A stretch of 64,000 nucleotides of DNA from Takakia lepidozioides (Eukaryota; Plantae; Bryophyta). The notes under the pieces were generated by a model. That model did not search any database. It had not been told where the DNA came from and saw only the letters and a program-made list of their open reading frames with translations. Both the position numbers and the translations under genes were made by a program. Where the stretch lies: positions 682,001-746,000 of the forward strand of contig CM060733.1 of the NCBI GenBank assembly GCA_030704615.1, given 5' to 3'. Below are positions 36,590-49,029 of the stretch, piece by piece (positions within the stretch are counted from its first letter, which is position 1; every line of letters starts with the position of its first letter).

Positions 36590-38302
36590 CTGTTCCCTCG
36601 GTTGGTCTGAATGTAAATTAGTGTGAAGTTCACTGATGCATTTCTCATGCTGCTCTGCCTGCCCTCAATTTATTTTCGAGCTCCACCGGATGCAAACTTT
36701 GCGATAAACAACAGTGGCAGGGAAACCAGAGGAAAATTCTTCCTCCCTTAATCAGGGGAAAGTTCCTGCTCTCAGAAAAGGGAAGGTCACTGAATTGGTG
36801 ACTTCTCTAGTTTTTGTCCTCTGAGAGATGCTTCCTGTAGTGCTGATATTTAGCTAAACCTTACACATTATGGGCTCCCTCTTGGCGAAATTATTCGAGT
36901 AAAATTTCTGAATTTCACTGTATCTTCTGGTAAGGTGGCAGTGCATGAGGCATTGAGCCTTTGGAGTTTGTCAGTTGCTGTTTGAGGTTGTAGTGGTAAA
37001 GAAATGAGGTGGAGGTGGATGAGGTCATTCTTGTCAAGCAGTTCAGGATGTGTGTATGGCCAGGTGAATCTGAAGTACATTTGAAAGATTCACTGAGCTG
37101 GGTTGTCTCCCGTCCCATTCAACACGCAGCAGAGCTCTGCATCTAGAAAGAAAAATTGGATGGATGAATAATAGCTCTCAAACCAGTTTTTGTTTTTTCT
37201 AAATTTGGAAAATAGCACGAGTAGCTACTGAGTTTTGAAGGAAATAGCCATATTTTCTGTTCCTCCACAAGAATTTGGATAGAATCATCCCTTTATATAC
37301 TTCATCCATTTATATCATCCATAAGTGGATAATTCATCCATAATTTATATTTATCTGGAGAAATTTGGAGATTTCATCCATGAATAAACAGGGAATTTAC
37401 GAAAGAATATTCTATTTTATTTCTTCAAGTCGAGAAAATGCGAAATTTCGCCAGAAATAGAAACCAAAAATAGAAATTTCGCCAGAAATAGATCTAGGGC
37501 ACAGAATGGATCTGCCGGATTCCAGCGTAAGGGAAGCTGGAGTCTGTGGGAAGTCCTCTTTGGAAGGTCTCTTTGGTTCTACTGCATCAGACGAGGACGG
37601 GAGCTATGACTTTCCGGGTATCTATGCATCCTCCTTTCTTGTCTCCATTCATTCCATTCTCTCTTTTGTGTAACAAGGGGTTCGGCAATTCAGCCACTAC
37701 GATGTCATACTTACTCATACAGCCTCGTCCATGTTTTTTCCGTGGAAGTGAGGGAGTGCCTGCAGTTCCTTTGTGAGATTGCGGACACCTGGGAGGGATG
37801 CAACGGTTGCATCCTGTGGTATAATTGTGTCACGTAGTGGAAGTAATGATGTCTGTACGGGCCATTTTCGATCCAGGCAGGTCTGCCGATGGAACGGCGT
37901 CTTTACAAAGTGCTAAGTTTCTGAAGGACCCCATAGCTGTGTCTTTAAGCCCTGTCAAACTTAAATAGCCTACGTCACTGGAGTAGGCATATCTGCTGGC
38001 AGCTGCATGGACCTGTTTGCACTTTGGGTGGATAGCGAGAAATGTAGTGGAGATAATATAAGGTGAGATTTCAGTTGATTGAAGTGTTGGGCCTGAAACT
38101 GAAACTAAGAATCTCACAATCAATTTGTCAATGGCTGTCGGTTAATTCTAGTTGTTAGGTTTTTCAGGGTAGGTGAATTGCCCGGGAGGCTGTGCAGCAT
38201 ACTTCCTAGTGGAAACATTTATACACATTGTTTGTCCATGTGCTGATAACAATTGCCTTCTTGTTGTAATACATGAAACCCATGGGCATCCTATGGGAGC
38301 AG

Positions 38303-39170
38303 TTTCACCAGTATCAGGTTGTTGGCCGGGGGCTGCCTAGTTCCACCAATGAGCAGCCTAAGATGTACCGCATGAATCTTTGGGACACCAATGAAGTGCG
38401 GGCCAAGTCCAAATTTTGGTAAGTTTAAAGAGTTATGATCCTGCCGCTTTCGAGGAAGATTGTGCCGGGATCCAGTTCTAATGTTGAGTGAATGAAGAGT
38501 CGATCTGCGGTTCAAAAGTTACAGGACGATTGTTGCCGCAGAAGTGCACGTATTAATGACTACTTTCTTGAGCAGTCTCTCACGGGTGGTTTAAAGTGCC
38601 TCTGTAAGGAGGAATGACCAGAAATTGTGAAGTCTGAACAGCCTGGTGACTCCTGTATAGTTTGTACGGGCTACAGGTATTTCCTGCGAAAGTTGAAGAA
38701 AGTGAAGAGATCACATGGGCAACTTCTTGCCGTCAATGAGGTATATGCACATATCTTCAGTTTTCTGTACATCATCCCCATTGTCCTTCTCTGGTTTTTA
38801 GGAACATTATGCTTGTGCAATTTACATGGAGGATCTTAGATTGCCATAGATTTTGGAAGTCCGTTTGTGTGTGTGTGTGTGTCTCTCTGTATATGTACCC
38901 TAAATGTTTATCAGCTCTAACCCTGACTGTGTTTAGTCCAAGATCCTGCCTTGTTCTAGTTGATGGTTTCGTCCATCAGGGCTTGGTGTAACAGAGTCTA
39001 TATCTGACTGCAGTAATTGTTGTGCAGATTTTTGAGAAGTTCCCCACCAAGATCAAGAACTTTGGTATCTGGGTGAGATACCAAAGCCGGACAGGCTACC
39101 ATAACATGTACAAGGAGTACCGAGACACCACCCTGAATGGAGCAGTTGAGCAAATGTATGATGAGATGGC
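38303..39170 (+). pseudogene. RPL18A: 60S ribosomal protein L18a (eL20), 3'-truncated
   Basis: Exons 38303-38418 (FHQYQVVGR...[10 protein letters not shown]), 38677-38740 (YFLRKLKKVK...LAVNE) and 39028-39170 ([48 protein letters not shown]). The gene then runs into a TIR; the expected SRHRVR... continuation was not seen downstream. The first short exon was not located with certainty. Confidence 0.9.
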
Positions 39171-40359
39171 TAGGGAATTCCAAAAAGGCCTTGATGTGAA
39201 ATGCATCGCAATTCGCTTGATCACCCCCCTAAAAGTGCGCAATTCAATTGAATTGCAAGGGCAATTCAATTGAACTAACCCTAATTTGCAATTCAATTGA
39301 ATTGTCGGCACACGATTCAATTGAGTTGCCAAATTGCAATTCAATTGAATCGCTAGTTGGCAATTCAAATTGAATTGTCGGCACACGATTCAATTGAATT
39401 GCCAATTCGCAATTGAATTGAATTGTAATCTATAATTTTTAACTTATTTTTGTATATAATATATAATATATATGTACACTTATATATTCAAATTATATTT
39501 ATACACATATAAGAGTATAAGCTAAAAATACATGTTGCCCGTCTATTCTTGCTGGCCCTCTTTCTTGTGCCCTTGAGGAAATTGTGGAGTTGTGAAACCA
39601 CCCTCAGCCTCAGCGAGAAAGGGAGAGCCAGAGACGAAGACAGATTAGTAGCTTCCTGTGATTCACTGGCAAAAGAAACATGGCTGGCTCTGAAAAAAAA
39701 CAGACAAAATCAAACTTGACAATTGATGAAAGGCTTCCCCTGCATCACCATGTAGTCCCCTAACACTAGTATCTGGCCCAGGACAAAGAAAACAAAATAT
39801 GTTCATCTTGAGAATTATCAAAATTTTTGATACCCTTACAAAGGTATCATGTTGAAGTTGGGATGTGTGTTCTATATAAGTTTAATATATCAAACTCTTA
39901 CACGTTGATACTCTTACATTGGTATCATGTTTGGTATATGTACATAGCCATATATTGTCACCAACATCCACAAAGAGAGACAATCCCGCTTTTACAAGCG
40001 CTTCGTGATTTCCCCTCTCCCTCTCTCGCTCTCCCTTAGGCTTATCTTGGGCTCAAGCCTTACCACGGGCAAAGGATTGACAAACGGACAACAAAGAATA
40101 GACGGGCAACATGTATTTTTAGCTTATACCTGTGTATGTATATATGTATAATTTAAATATATACATATATATTATATACAGAAATAAGTTAAAAATTATA
40201 GATTACAATTCAATTGAATTGTAGTCAGCAATTCAATTGATTCGTGTGCCGACAATTCAATTGAATTGCAAATTAGGGTTCAATTGAATTGTGCACTTTT
40301 AGGGGGTGATCAAGTGAACTGCGATGCATTTCACATCAAGGCCTTTTTGGAATTCCCTA
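39171..40359. mobile_element. Non-autonomous foldback/MITE-like DNA transposon with long TIRs
   Basis: TAGGGAATTCCAAAAAGGCC...GGCCTTTTTGGAATTCCCTA. Inverted arms ~39171-39550 and ~40093-40359 are rich in AATTCAATTGAATT; inner ends are CATGTTGCCCGTCTATTCTT / AAGAATAGACGGGCAACATG. No matching TSD. Confidence 0.85.
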
Positions 40360-40492
40360 GTTGACAATCATTTTCATGTCATCGAACAAAATCATTGGTC
40401 CCCTCAAAAGTTGGTCCCACGGCTTCGTGGGAGAAACCAATTGCGTAGTCTCTGCCTGAGGGCAGGGCCAACAAAGCCTCATAAGAAGTCAA

Positions 40493-40730
40493 AATGGGGA
40501 CCTTTTGTATGAGCATGCAATCGGATGCACGCGATCTCCTTCATGTTGCTTTAAGTCGGGAACCAGATTTAAATTGGGAAAAGGTGAAAAAAAGAGCCTT
40601 TAGGATATTCAAACCTGCAGAGAGAACGTTGGATAGCCTAGATAAATTGTGTGATCAACCTTCTTACAAGTAGGGAGAATTCCTCTGGCAGTACTACTTG
40701 GACCTGAAAGCTGCAGCCACAGAGAATATT
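40493..40730 (+). pseudogene. Possible retrotransposon gag-like fragment
   Basis: Translates to ...DARDLLHVALSREPDLNWEKVKKRAFRIFKP...K*GEFLWQYYLDLKAAA (WxxLKxxF...GE...Y pattern); weak. Confidence 0.3.
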
Positions 40731-40956
40731 TCAACAGAGGGCGGGGATTTGACACAGGCTCGGCCGCCAAACGGCTAGGGATCCAACCGGTGTACGTTCG
40801 GCCGTGCTGTCAGCTTCGCACGCCGGGAAAAAGCTTGTTGGGGTAGTAGTCTCTTCGAAATACAAAGGGTTTTTTCCTAAAATTCTGTACGTGTGCAGGC
40901 TCAAGTCAATTGGGACATATACAAGAAGGCATCTCAGGCAGAACAAGTCCTGAGCC

Positions 40957-41053
40957 AATTCCAAAAAGGCCTTGATGTGAAATGCATCGCAATTCACTTG
41001 ATCACCCCCCTAAAAGTGCGCAATTCAATTCAAGGCCTTTTTGGAATTCCCTA
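40957..41053. mobile_element. ~100-bp internally deleted derivative of the foldback element
   Basis: AATTCCAAAAAGGCCTTGATGTG...CAAGGCCTTTTTGGAATTCCCTA; the left terminus lacks TAGGG. Confidence 0.8.
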
Positions 41054-41755
41054 GTCATCCATTGTCAGATCTATTTTGGTTCTAAGAGGGGAATGAAGAA
41101 AGATGCAGGTGTGATGATGGACGCGTAGACATTGGGCTAAGCAGAAGCAGTGGAGTACAGATAAGGGAAGAGGGAAGGGAGGGGGATTCAGATATGGCGG
41201 GATTAAGCAGGTTCGAGGTTGTCTGCGTGGTTTTTCTTCTCCATCTGTCAGTCTGTGTTACTGCAACGCGCATTTAGAGGGTTCCTGGTGTCAAAGATTC
41301 ACATTTTATCCACGGAAATAGTCCACGATTTCCCCAGGGACAGGCGGAGCATTTAATCAAAGCTCTCAATTTGTTACCTGGAGCTGAGGAACGTGCGACT
41401 TCAGACGATGGACCACGGCTTCAAGAGAAACGGATCAATTTGGACATCAAAGGAGATTCGGGAGCGGCTGTAAGCACAGAGGAGCTTGGCCAATATGCAG
41501 GATATTTTGCCCTAGAACGCAGTCATGGTGCGAAGTAATTTGATCTCTATGCCTCATTTTCTTGCGAGTTTAGAAGGTCTGTAGTTTTGGACATATTAGG
41601 TGGTATGCTATCGATGAAGCACTGGCATGGTGGCCAGAGAGAGAGAGAGAGGGAGATGACACTGTTCTGCGCAAGATTTTGCACATAAGCACATGTGATG
41701 GTTATTTGGTGCACGATGTTCTACTTCTTCTTTGAGTCACGAAGCAACAAAACAG

Positions 41756-42145
41756 TGTTGAAATCGAAGATCCAGTCCGTCATTGACATCTGGACCATGC
41801 TGGTCGAATAGTCATAGTCAGCAAATAGGTGGCAGTCCACCGAGCAGTCACAATCATAGATGCCAGTCAATCACATTTTGAATCTCTAGCTAGTTGGATC
41901 TCCCGCACTTAGTAATACCTCAATTTTTTTTTGGTGGCAGACGATACTAAGTTAGTTTTATATATGTTCATAGCGTGGTGTAGTTAACTTACAGATGTGT
42001 GAGCATCATTGATTCCATGGATTGCCTTGTAGATTGATAAGCCGCGCACTTCTTAGTGTTTCAATAGTGTTGGATAGCTTTTTCATAACTTCTTGGCTAC
42101 TCCGTAAACAGCTATGAGCAAGCAGTGAAATCAGTATTTCCAATA
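41756..42145 (+). repeat. 5' LTR (390 bp, TGTTG...CAATA)
   Basis: 41881-42145 is a near-identical direct repeat of 45789-46045. Confidence 0.9.
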
Positions 42146-42158
42146 GGTTATGGGCCCA
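42146..42158 (+). promoter_or_regulatory. Primer-binding site GGTTATGGGCCCA (half-tRNA initiator-Met type)
   Basis: Directly abuts the 5' LTR. It is complementary to the anticodon region of initiator tRNA-Met rather than starting TGG. Confidence 0.8.
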
Positions 42159-45100
42159 CAATCGCTTAATGCTGTGTGAGTGGTTTTCTTTATGTAGAAG
42201 TAAGGGTGATAGAAGAAATGGCGTAAGTGAAGACAAATTCTAAGAACGTGACGAATATTGAGAAGTTCACGGGAGATAACTTCCAACTATGGAAGTTCCA
42301 GATGCAAGTGCTATTCCGAGCAAAGAAGCTTTTACGTGTTGTTGAGGGAATAGAATTGAGAGAAGAAGCTTTGGATCAGGATGAGTGGGATGACAAGGAT
42401 AACTGTGCTTCTTTGTACATCTGCAGGTCGGTAGACAAGAAGCGCATGCAGCAACTCATTGCATGCAAGACATCACTAGAGATGTGGAGTCGTTTCATCA
42501 CCATTCATGGGCAATGCGCAAGCGAAAATATCCATATGCTACAGCAGAAATTTTTTGAATACAAGATGAGTGATGGTGATTAGCACCATAGAGTCCATGG
42601 CATGCCAGCTTAACGATCTTGGGGAGGCCACAACAGATCGAGCAGTAATCACCAAGATTATTTGCAGTTTACCTCCTTCATATTGACACATGATTTCAGC
42701 GTGGGATAGTGTTCCGAAGGATGAGCAGACGATCGAGAAACTTACCGTAAGACTGCTAAAAGAACAAAGAACGAGGAGCATTTGATGAAGCCAGAGATAA
42801 GGCCTTTTTTGTTGGTCGGCCAGGTAATATGAACAGCAGCGGAAGCGGTGATGGTAAGCCAAGATTGATGTATGCTGAACGTCAAGAAAAGAGAAGGAGA
42901 ATCGAGGAATTGAAGAAACAAACTCATTGCAATGGTTGCGGAAGAAGAGGACACTGGGAGCGTGAGTGTCCTGATAAGAAGGCAGCAGAGACAAGTCAAG
43001 CAAATCAAGTGGAGAGTATGTCTCCAGAGGTCAATATTAGCACTGCATACACTGTTCACGGGGCTCAATCTTCTAGAGTTACCATGGCTGAGAGTAACTG
43101 TTGGTATGCTGATGGTGGTGCAAGTGAGCACATGACCGATAAGAGAGAGTGGTTCAAGAATTTGGAACCAATAGCTAAGGGGAAGTGGCCTGTCGTGGTC
43201 GCTAACAATGAGTCTGTGTGGGTTGAGGGAGTTGGGGATATCGAGATTCTGAGTCTTGTTGGAGACAGGTGGGAGAGAGGAGTGATTACAAAGGCTTTGT
43301 ATGTCCCTAAGTTGAAAAAGAATCTATTCTCAATCGGACAGACAACAGACAAGGGAGTTGTCACTACCTATAACAAAGAGAGTTGCAAATTAATTTGCAA
43401 TGAGGGATGAGGAAGAATTGTGATGGTAGGTTTGCGTGAAGGGAAACTGTATAAGCTGCAGTTGAAGGTCATTATACCTAAGAGTATTGACAAGGTTTTG
43501 TTAAGTGGCAAAAATGAGAGCATCGCTTTCTTGAGTGAGTCAAACCCTAGCAATCTACATCTTTTGGCATTGTCGTTTGGGACATCTAAATCATGCTATG
43601 ATCAAGAAAATGGAGGCATCACAGAGTGTAGAAGGTCTGAAGATAGGCAGTCTGAGTGAGGCATCTACCTTCTGTGAAGGATGTGCCTATGGCAAGAGCC
43701 ATAGACAGAGCTTTCCTGTCAATGATGAGAGAGTAAAAGCTGAGAAAGCTGGAGATCTCTTACACACGGATGTGTGTGGACCGATGAAAATAGACTCCAT
43801 CGGAGGGTCAAGGTATTATGTAGTTTTCAAAGATGATTTCTCAGGGTACAGAATGGTGTTCTGCATGAAGAAGAAGTCTGGGTCAGGAGCAAGACCATCT
43901 GTTGTTCATTTCAAGATTTTTGGATCAGATGCCTATTCTCACATTCCAAAGCAGATGAGATCCAAACTTGATCCTAAGTGCAAGAAATGTCCATTCATAG
44001 GATATTGCACCGAGAGCAAAGCATATCGGCTCTGGCACAATGACACTAAGAAGGTGATAATCAGCCGAGTTGTTGTGTTTGATGAGGGATCATACACATC
44101 TACAACACAGTCATTGCAAACTCAAAGTGGAGTCTCCATCATGGATCTGTATGATGATCTTGAGGACTCAGTGGAAGTACCTGAACCAGTGGGAGCAATG
44201 CAGGGAACAGTGGATGCAGTTGAGGCAACAAAAGAATTGATGGGAGCTCAAGAAGGACGAAATAATGAGCAAGCGGTATATGAACCAGTGGGAGTTCAGC
44301 TTGAAGTGGTCCTTGATGGATGTGTGGAGAAACCATATGGGCAAATGACACGATACAAAACTCGATCATGACAAGCACCAACGAGGTATGGTGACTGGGC
44401 TTATTTTGCTGAGGTGCAGTCTTTTGCTGGAGTAGCGAGTTCATTGGAAGAGCTCCATGATTATTGGACTGCGATCAACTCAGAACAGAGCGTCGAACGA
44501 GGAATTCAACTCTCTCACTCAAAACGAGACATGGTTGCTTACAGAACTACCTCGTGATCGCAAAGCGGTGCAATGTAAATGGGTTTTCAAACTAAAAACA
44601 AAATCAGATGGAACAGTTGAGAGATACAAGGCACGATTAGTTGCCAAGGGATTCTCACAGCAGTATGGTATCGACTATGCATAAACATTTTCTCCTGTCG
44701 CCAAATATGACTCCATTCACACCATTCTTGCCATTGCAGCATCTGAGGATATGAATATCATGCAATTTGATATTAAAACCGTGTTTCTCTATGGAGAACT
44801 CGAAGAAGAGATCTACATGATCCAGCCGCCGGGCTTCATAGCACTAGGCAGAGAGCACCCCCTATGCAGTTTGAAAAAATGTTTGTATGGACTGAAGCAG
44901 GCTTCACGAGTTTGGAATGCGAAGTTTGACAATTTTCTGCTTAGGTACAATTTGGTACAAGTGCGGCAGATCCTTGCATTTACTACAGTAAGGAGAAGCT
45001 CAAAATCATCACATCTTTTTTCGTGGATGATGGACTGGCCTGTTGCGTTGAGGTCAGCAAGGCTTGACAACATGTTTGAATACATGGGCAAGGAATTTGA

Positions 45101-45788
45101 AACCAAAGTGGGAGAGGTAGACTGTTATGTTGGTTTGCGAATTAAAAGAGATCGGCAACTCAGGACTATTTCAATCGATCAGCAAGTCTACATTGACAAG
45201 ATGATCACGAAGTATGGTTTCGAAAATGCAATGGCAGTGACTACTACTCCTGCTGACCCTAATACTCAAATGAGTTTCTACTCTCTTTCGGGTGACTCAG
45301 AGAAAGAAGAAAAAGAAAATATCATGGATTACCAATTTCCATATCAGGAAATGGTTTGAAGCTTGATGTTTGCAAGCATAGGGAGTCGTCCTGACATCTC
45401 ATATGCAGTGAGTACAGTGGCGAAATACGCATCAAGACACAAACCTGTGCACTGCAATGCTGTGAAACGGATTGTGAAATACTTGAAGGGAACATCCGAT
45501 TTTGTTCTGACCTACAATGGGAAGCAAGACACAAATCTGCTCACAAGATTTTGCGATGCAGATTATGCTGGTGACATAGATGATAGAAAATCCAGATCCA
45601 GATGTGTCATTATGTTGAACCAAGGAGCAATTGTTTGGAGCAGTTGGAAACAAGCGTGTACTGCTGGATCGACAACTGAATCGGAGTATGTTGCGGCTCA
45701 CATGGCTACGAGGGAGATTATTTGGTTACGGAGATTCATGGACTCCATTGGACATTCACATAAGACACCCACCCCACTTCACAGCAAT

Positions 45789-46045
45789 AATCTCTAGCTA
45801 GTTGGATCTCCCGCACTTAGTAGTACTTGTATTTTTTTTTTGGTGGCAGACGATACTTAGTTAGTTTTATATATGTTCATAGCGTGGTGTAGTTCGACTT
45901 ACGCATCATTGATTCCATGGATTGCCTTGTAGATTGATAAGCCGCGTACTTCTTAGTGTTTCAATAGTGTTGGATAGCTTCTTCATAACTTACCGGCTAC
46001 TCTGTAAACAGCTATGAGCAAGCAGTGAAATCAGTATTTCCAATA
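45789..46045 (+). repeat. 3' LTR, 5'-truncated
   Basis: Lacks the first ~125 bp of the LTR and the PPT; fused directly to RNase H coding sequence. Confidence 0.88.
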
Positions 46046-49029
46046 AACAGAAGATCCATTGGTGTCCATTGGTGCTTTGGATGACTGGTGGCGCAGGCTG
46101 TGCCAGTGAGGTTGCGTTGTTCTATGAGAATGGCCCCTTCAATATCCCAGAGAATCTAACTCTGGTGTGGAATGACTATGGTTGGGACAAGGTATAGCTT
46201 CCCCCTACAATTGAAGTGATGCACTCCTCAACGTGCTTAAGAAGTTCTCATTAAGTTTGTAACTTAGTTGCAGACACAATCTGTTCTGTGCATCTAAGAG
46301 CTTTGTAGCATTGCCACCGTTTATGTGCCAGTGCAGCTCTGTCTATGCAAAATTTTAATGCAAAATTTTAATGAGGTGAAGTGCCTGTGAAGGGACTCCA
46401 TTATGCGACTATTGTTCACTTCTATTTGTTAATGAAACTCTTGGTTCAAATACTGAGCTAACAATTGTTCCAAAATCTATTGAACTACAAATAATCACAT
46501 CATTTCCTACAACCAGAGGTTCATCAAGTAGCTGTGGACACTCTTATTGATAGTTTCATGTATTGTTGGAAAACCTGATTTTGGTGAAGCCTTCTACTTA
46601 AACAGGTATCAAGCATCATCTTTGTTAATCAACCAGTAGGAACTGGCTTCAGTTACAGCACTGATGTGCGAGATATCCGCCATGACGAGAAAGGAGTGAG
46701 TGAAGACATGTACGATTTCTTTCAGGTGGCTGTCTTGGCACCCTGTAAATGGCCATGTGTATGTGAGTGTTGGTGAGAAGGAAATACGAGGCTGAATGCC
46801 TTATAATAGACTAATGATGCAAGATTCTAGATTGACTTTTTTTTAGTTGATTTGTAGCTCATGTCGAATGTTGCAATGAAGTCAATGCTCTTTGCAGTTA
46901 CTTGCCTCTCAGGGATCTACCTTTCTGGTTGGTTCTTCCAGTGCCAATCAATACAGGTGGACCATTACAACTTCATATGTTACATAGCAATGTCAAGTAG
47001 ACGGTTTGGTCATAGAGGAGAGATTGACATCAGAAAGCTTGGGCTGGATCTGAATGTACAGGTTGGAGCACTTCTTGAAGTGATTGGTCGTGCTGCAGAG
47101 AAACTGAAGATCAGGAAGCCCACTCACATCGGTCGGCATCCTTACCTAATCAGAGGCCATCCTAATGCACTTGCTTAGTATATTAGTGAGAGATGCTGCT
47201 GTGTTTGTTCCCACCTGGGAAAAATTCACAATACTAAGAACCTCCGAAAAATGAGCTGCACAGTTTATACTGTATTGTAAATGTATTGCTTAACCTTTGT
47301 ATGAGCAAAAGGGATTTTTTTTTTGATATTCCTGGCTGACAAATCTGAGTTCAACATGGGTTTAAGCTTTCCAAAGTAATGTAGTTGCATTTATACTTTT
47401 GTGATGCATGGTTGCAGGACTCAACGTAATTTTTTTGTGACGGGAGAATCGTAGACCTGCGGACGACAACTGCACCCATGGCCGAATTTTTGTGCAGTAC
47501 ACAACATACCATTTCGCCTAATATAGGAAAGGCTGAGGTCAGACCTTGAAGAACATCAGTGTCAATATTTTACAGGAAGCTGCCCTTTTTTGCCCTCTCT
47601 CTTTCTCTCTCTCTCAAAAATATCCAGGCATAATCTGTCTTCCCAGTTTGTGCAGATTTACTTCAAAGTATGTGAGGCTTGAAGTTGACTGTATCTTTGC
47701 CTGGAAGGTCATAGCGATGCTCCCTACTTTTTCCTGACCATTATTGAGTCTCTCTTGGAACATGTAATTACTGGGTCCTAGGCAGAAAACTATGGGGCAT
47801 CGAACATCATGCAGCAGTTGTCACTCTTTGCACGACCAATTCTGTGGTGACTGTCTTTATATGAGGTACCTCTTCCCATCTTGCTTCTATCCTATTAACT
47901 AATTTTGTGTCCTACTGTCACTGCAGACCCAGGTGGATTTGAATGAAAAGAAATATTCTAACTCCTCATCTAGTCAGTTGTAGTTCATTCTTGGGCCAAC
48001 GTACATTAGGGTCTCTGCCAGATTTGGTTCGGGGGGTGGATACGTAACCATGTTAGGACAGCTGGGCTAAGAGTGAATCTGAGTACAAACAATAAAAAAA
48101 AGAGAAAAAGAGAACAGGAATCTTAATGACATGCCAAGGTCTTCTGGGTTCAGTGGAGCACCCCGCTTGGAGTTCACCTGACATTTATTTATCTTCTTAA
48201 GTATTCTAAAGTCACGGCACATAAGGCCAAGTGATGGTTTCACCCGGATGCTTTATAACAGAAAGAAATAGACCTGAACAAGTTAGTCTTAAGTTTTACC
48301 AAGCTAGTGCTAGTCTTGGATAAAATTTCACCTTTGGTTGGCAACGATGACCCTAGGGAAGTGATGCATAGCATGCCTATAGATGACTATTTTTAACAAG
48401 CTTTGATCAGTTTCAATAAGCAGTGGCCAGCAAATTCATCTGGGTGAGTGCTTTTCTAGAGCAAGAACCTGGGATGAGGGCATCCACCTGGATGCAGTGA
48501 AAGGCCTCTTACTGACATGATAATGTGTTGGGTGACATAGGGCAAGGTTGCTATTGCAAGCGCCACGTCATGTCTGTCTCTGGCTCTAGTTTTCTCTCTG
48601 AGGTTTCATGAATTTCCACAATATATCCTATAGAGATAAAAGAGCAAGTGGACTGTTGTTTACTGTAGCCTTGTGGCTCCCAGTTTGGGTGGAACAATAG
48701 AGAACAGACACTCACTTTGTGAGAGGTCTAAGTATCTTAGGAAAAATATGTTTGTTGGCATGTGAAGAATAAAGTGCTTCCTGATCAACTTGATTGATCT
48801 AAGTTCAAGTTCCTACCATCAGCCATAAGCAATTTATCATGAGCCATAAACACTTTGCCATCAGCTATAAGCAATCAGCAAGGGTCACTTGGTATTTGCC
48901 GAAGTGACAAAGCAAAAGCTTCGTCGGCTCATCAATGATTACATGTTAAATTTATGATTTTTCAATTTTTGAGCTGCAATTTGTCTGATAGAGCATTATT
49001 AATATTGTAATAATGTAATTACCATGGTT

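Larger units (their letters stand above)
41756..46045 (+). mobile_element. Ty1/copia LTR retrotransposon, degraded and internally deleted
   Basis: TSD AACAG (41751-41755, 46046-46050); gag IEKFTGDNFQLWK; CCHC CNGCGRRGHWEREC; protease WYADGGASEHM; integrase WHCRLGH...CEGC...LLHTDVCGP; RT YKARLVAKGF, QFDIKTVFLYG, LYGLKQA; RNase H FCDADYAG. Confidence 0.95.
41194..47453 (+). pseudogene. Serine carboxypeptidase-like (family S10, SCPL47-49 type) pseudogene
   Basis: Exon 1 (41194-41534): signal peptide, in-frame TAG, QAEHLIKALNL, ELGQYAGYF. Exon 2 MFYFFFESRSNKT|EDPL..LWMTGGAGCASEVALFYENGPF is split by the copia element and carries a 10-bp duplication. Exon 46606-46725 IIFVNQPVGTGFSYS. Last remnant FFVTGES* at ~47430-47453. 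Confidence 0.88.

Noticed and set aside
37141-37496. MITE with ATCTAG target duplication
   Set aside because: No TIRs are visible, and a 6-bp match could be chance.
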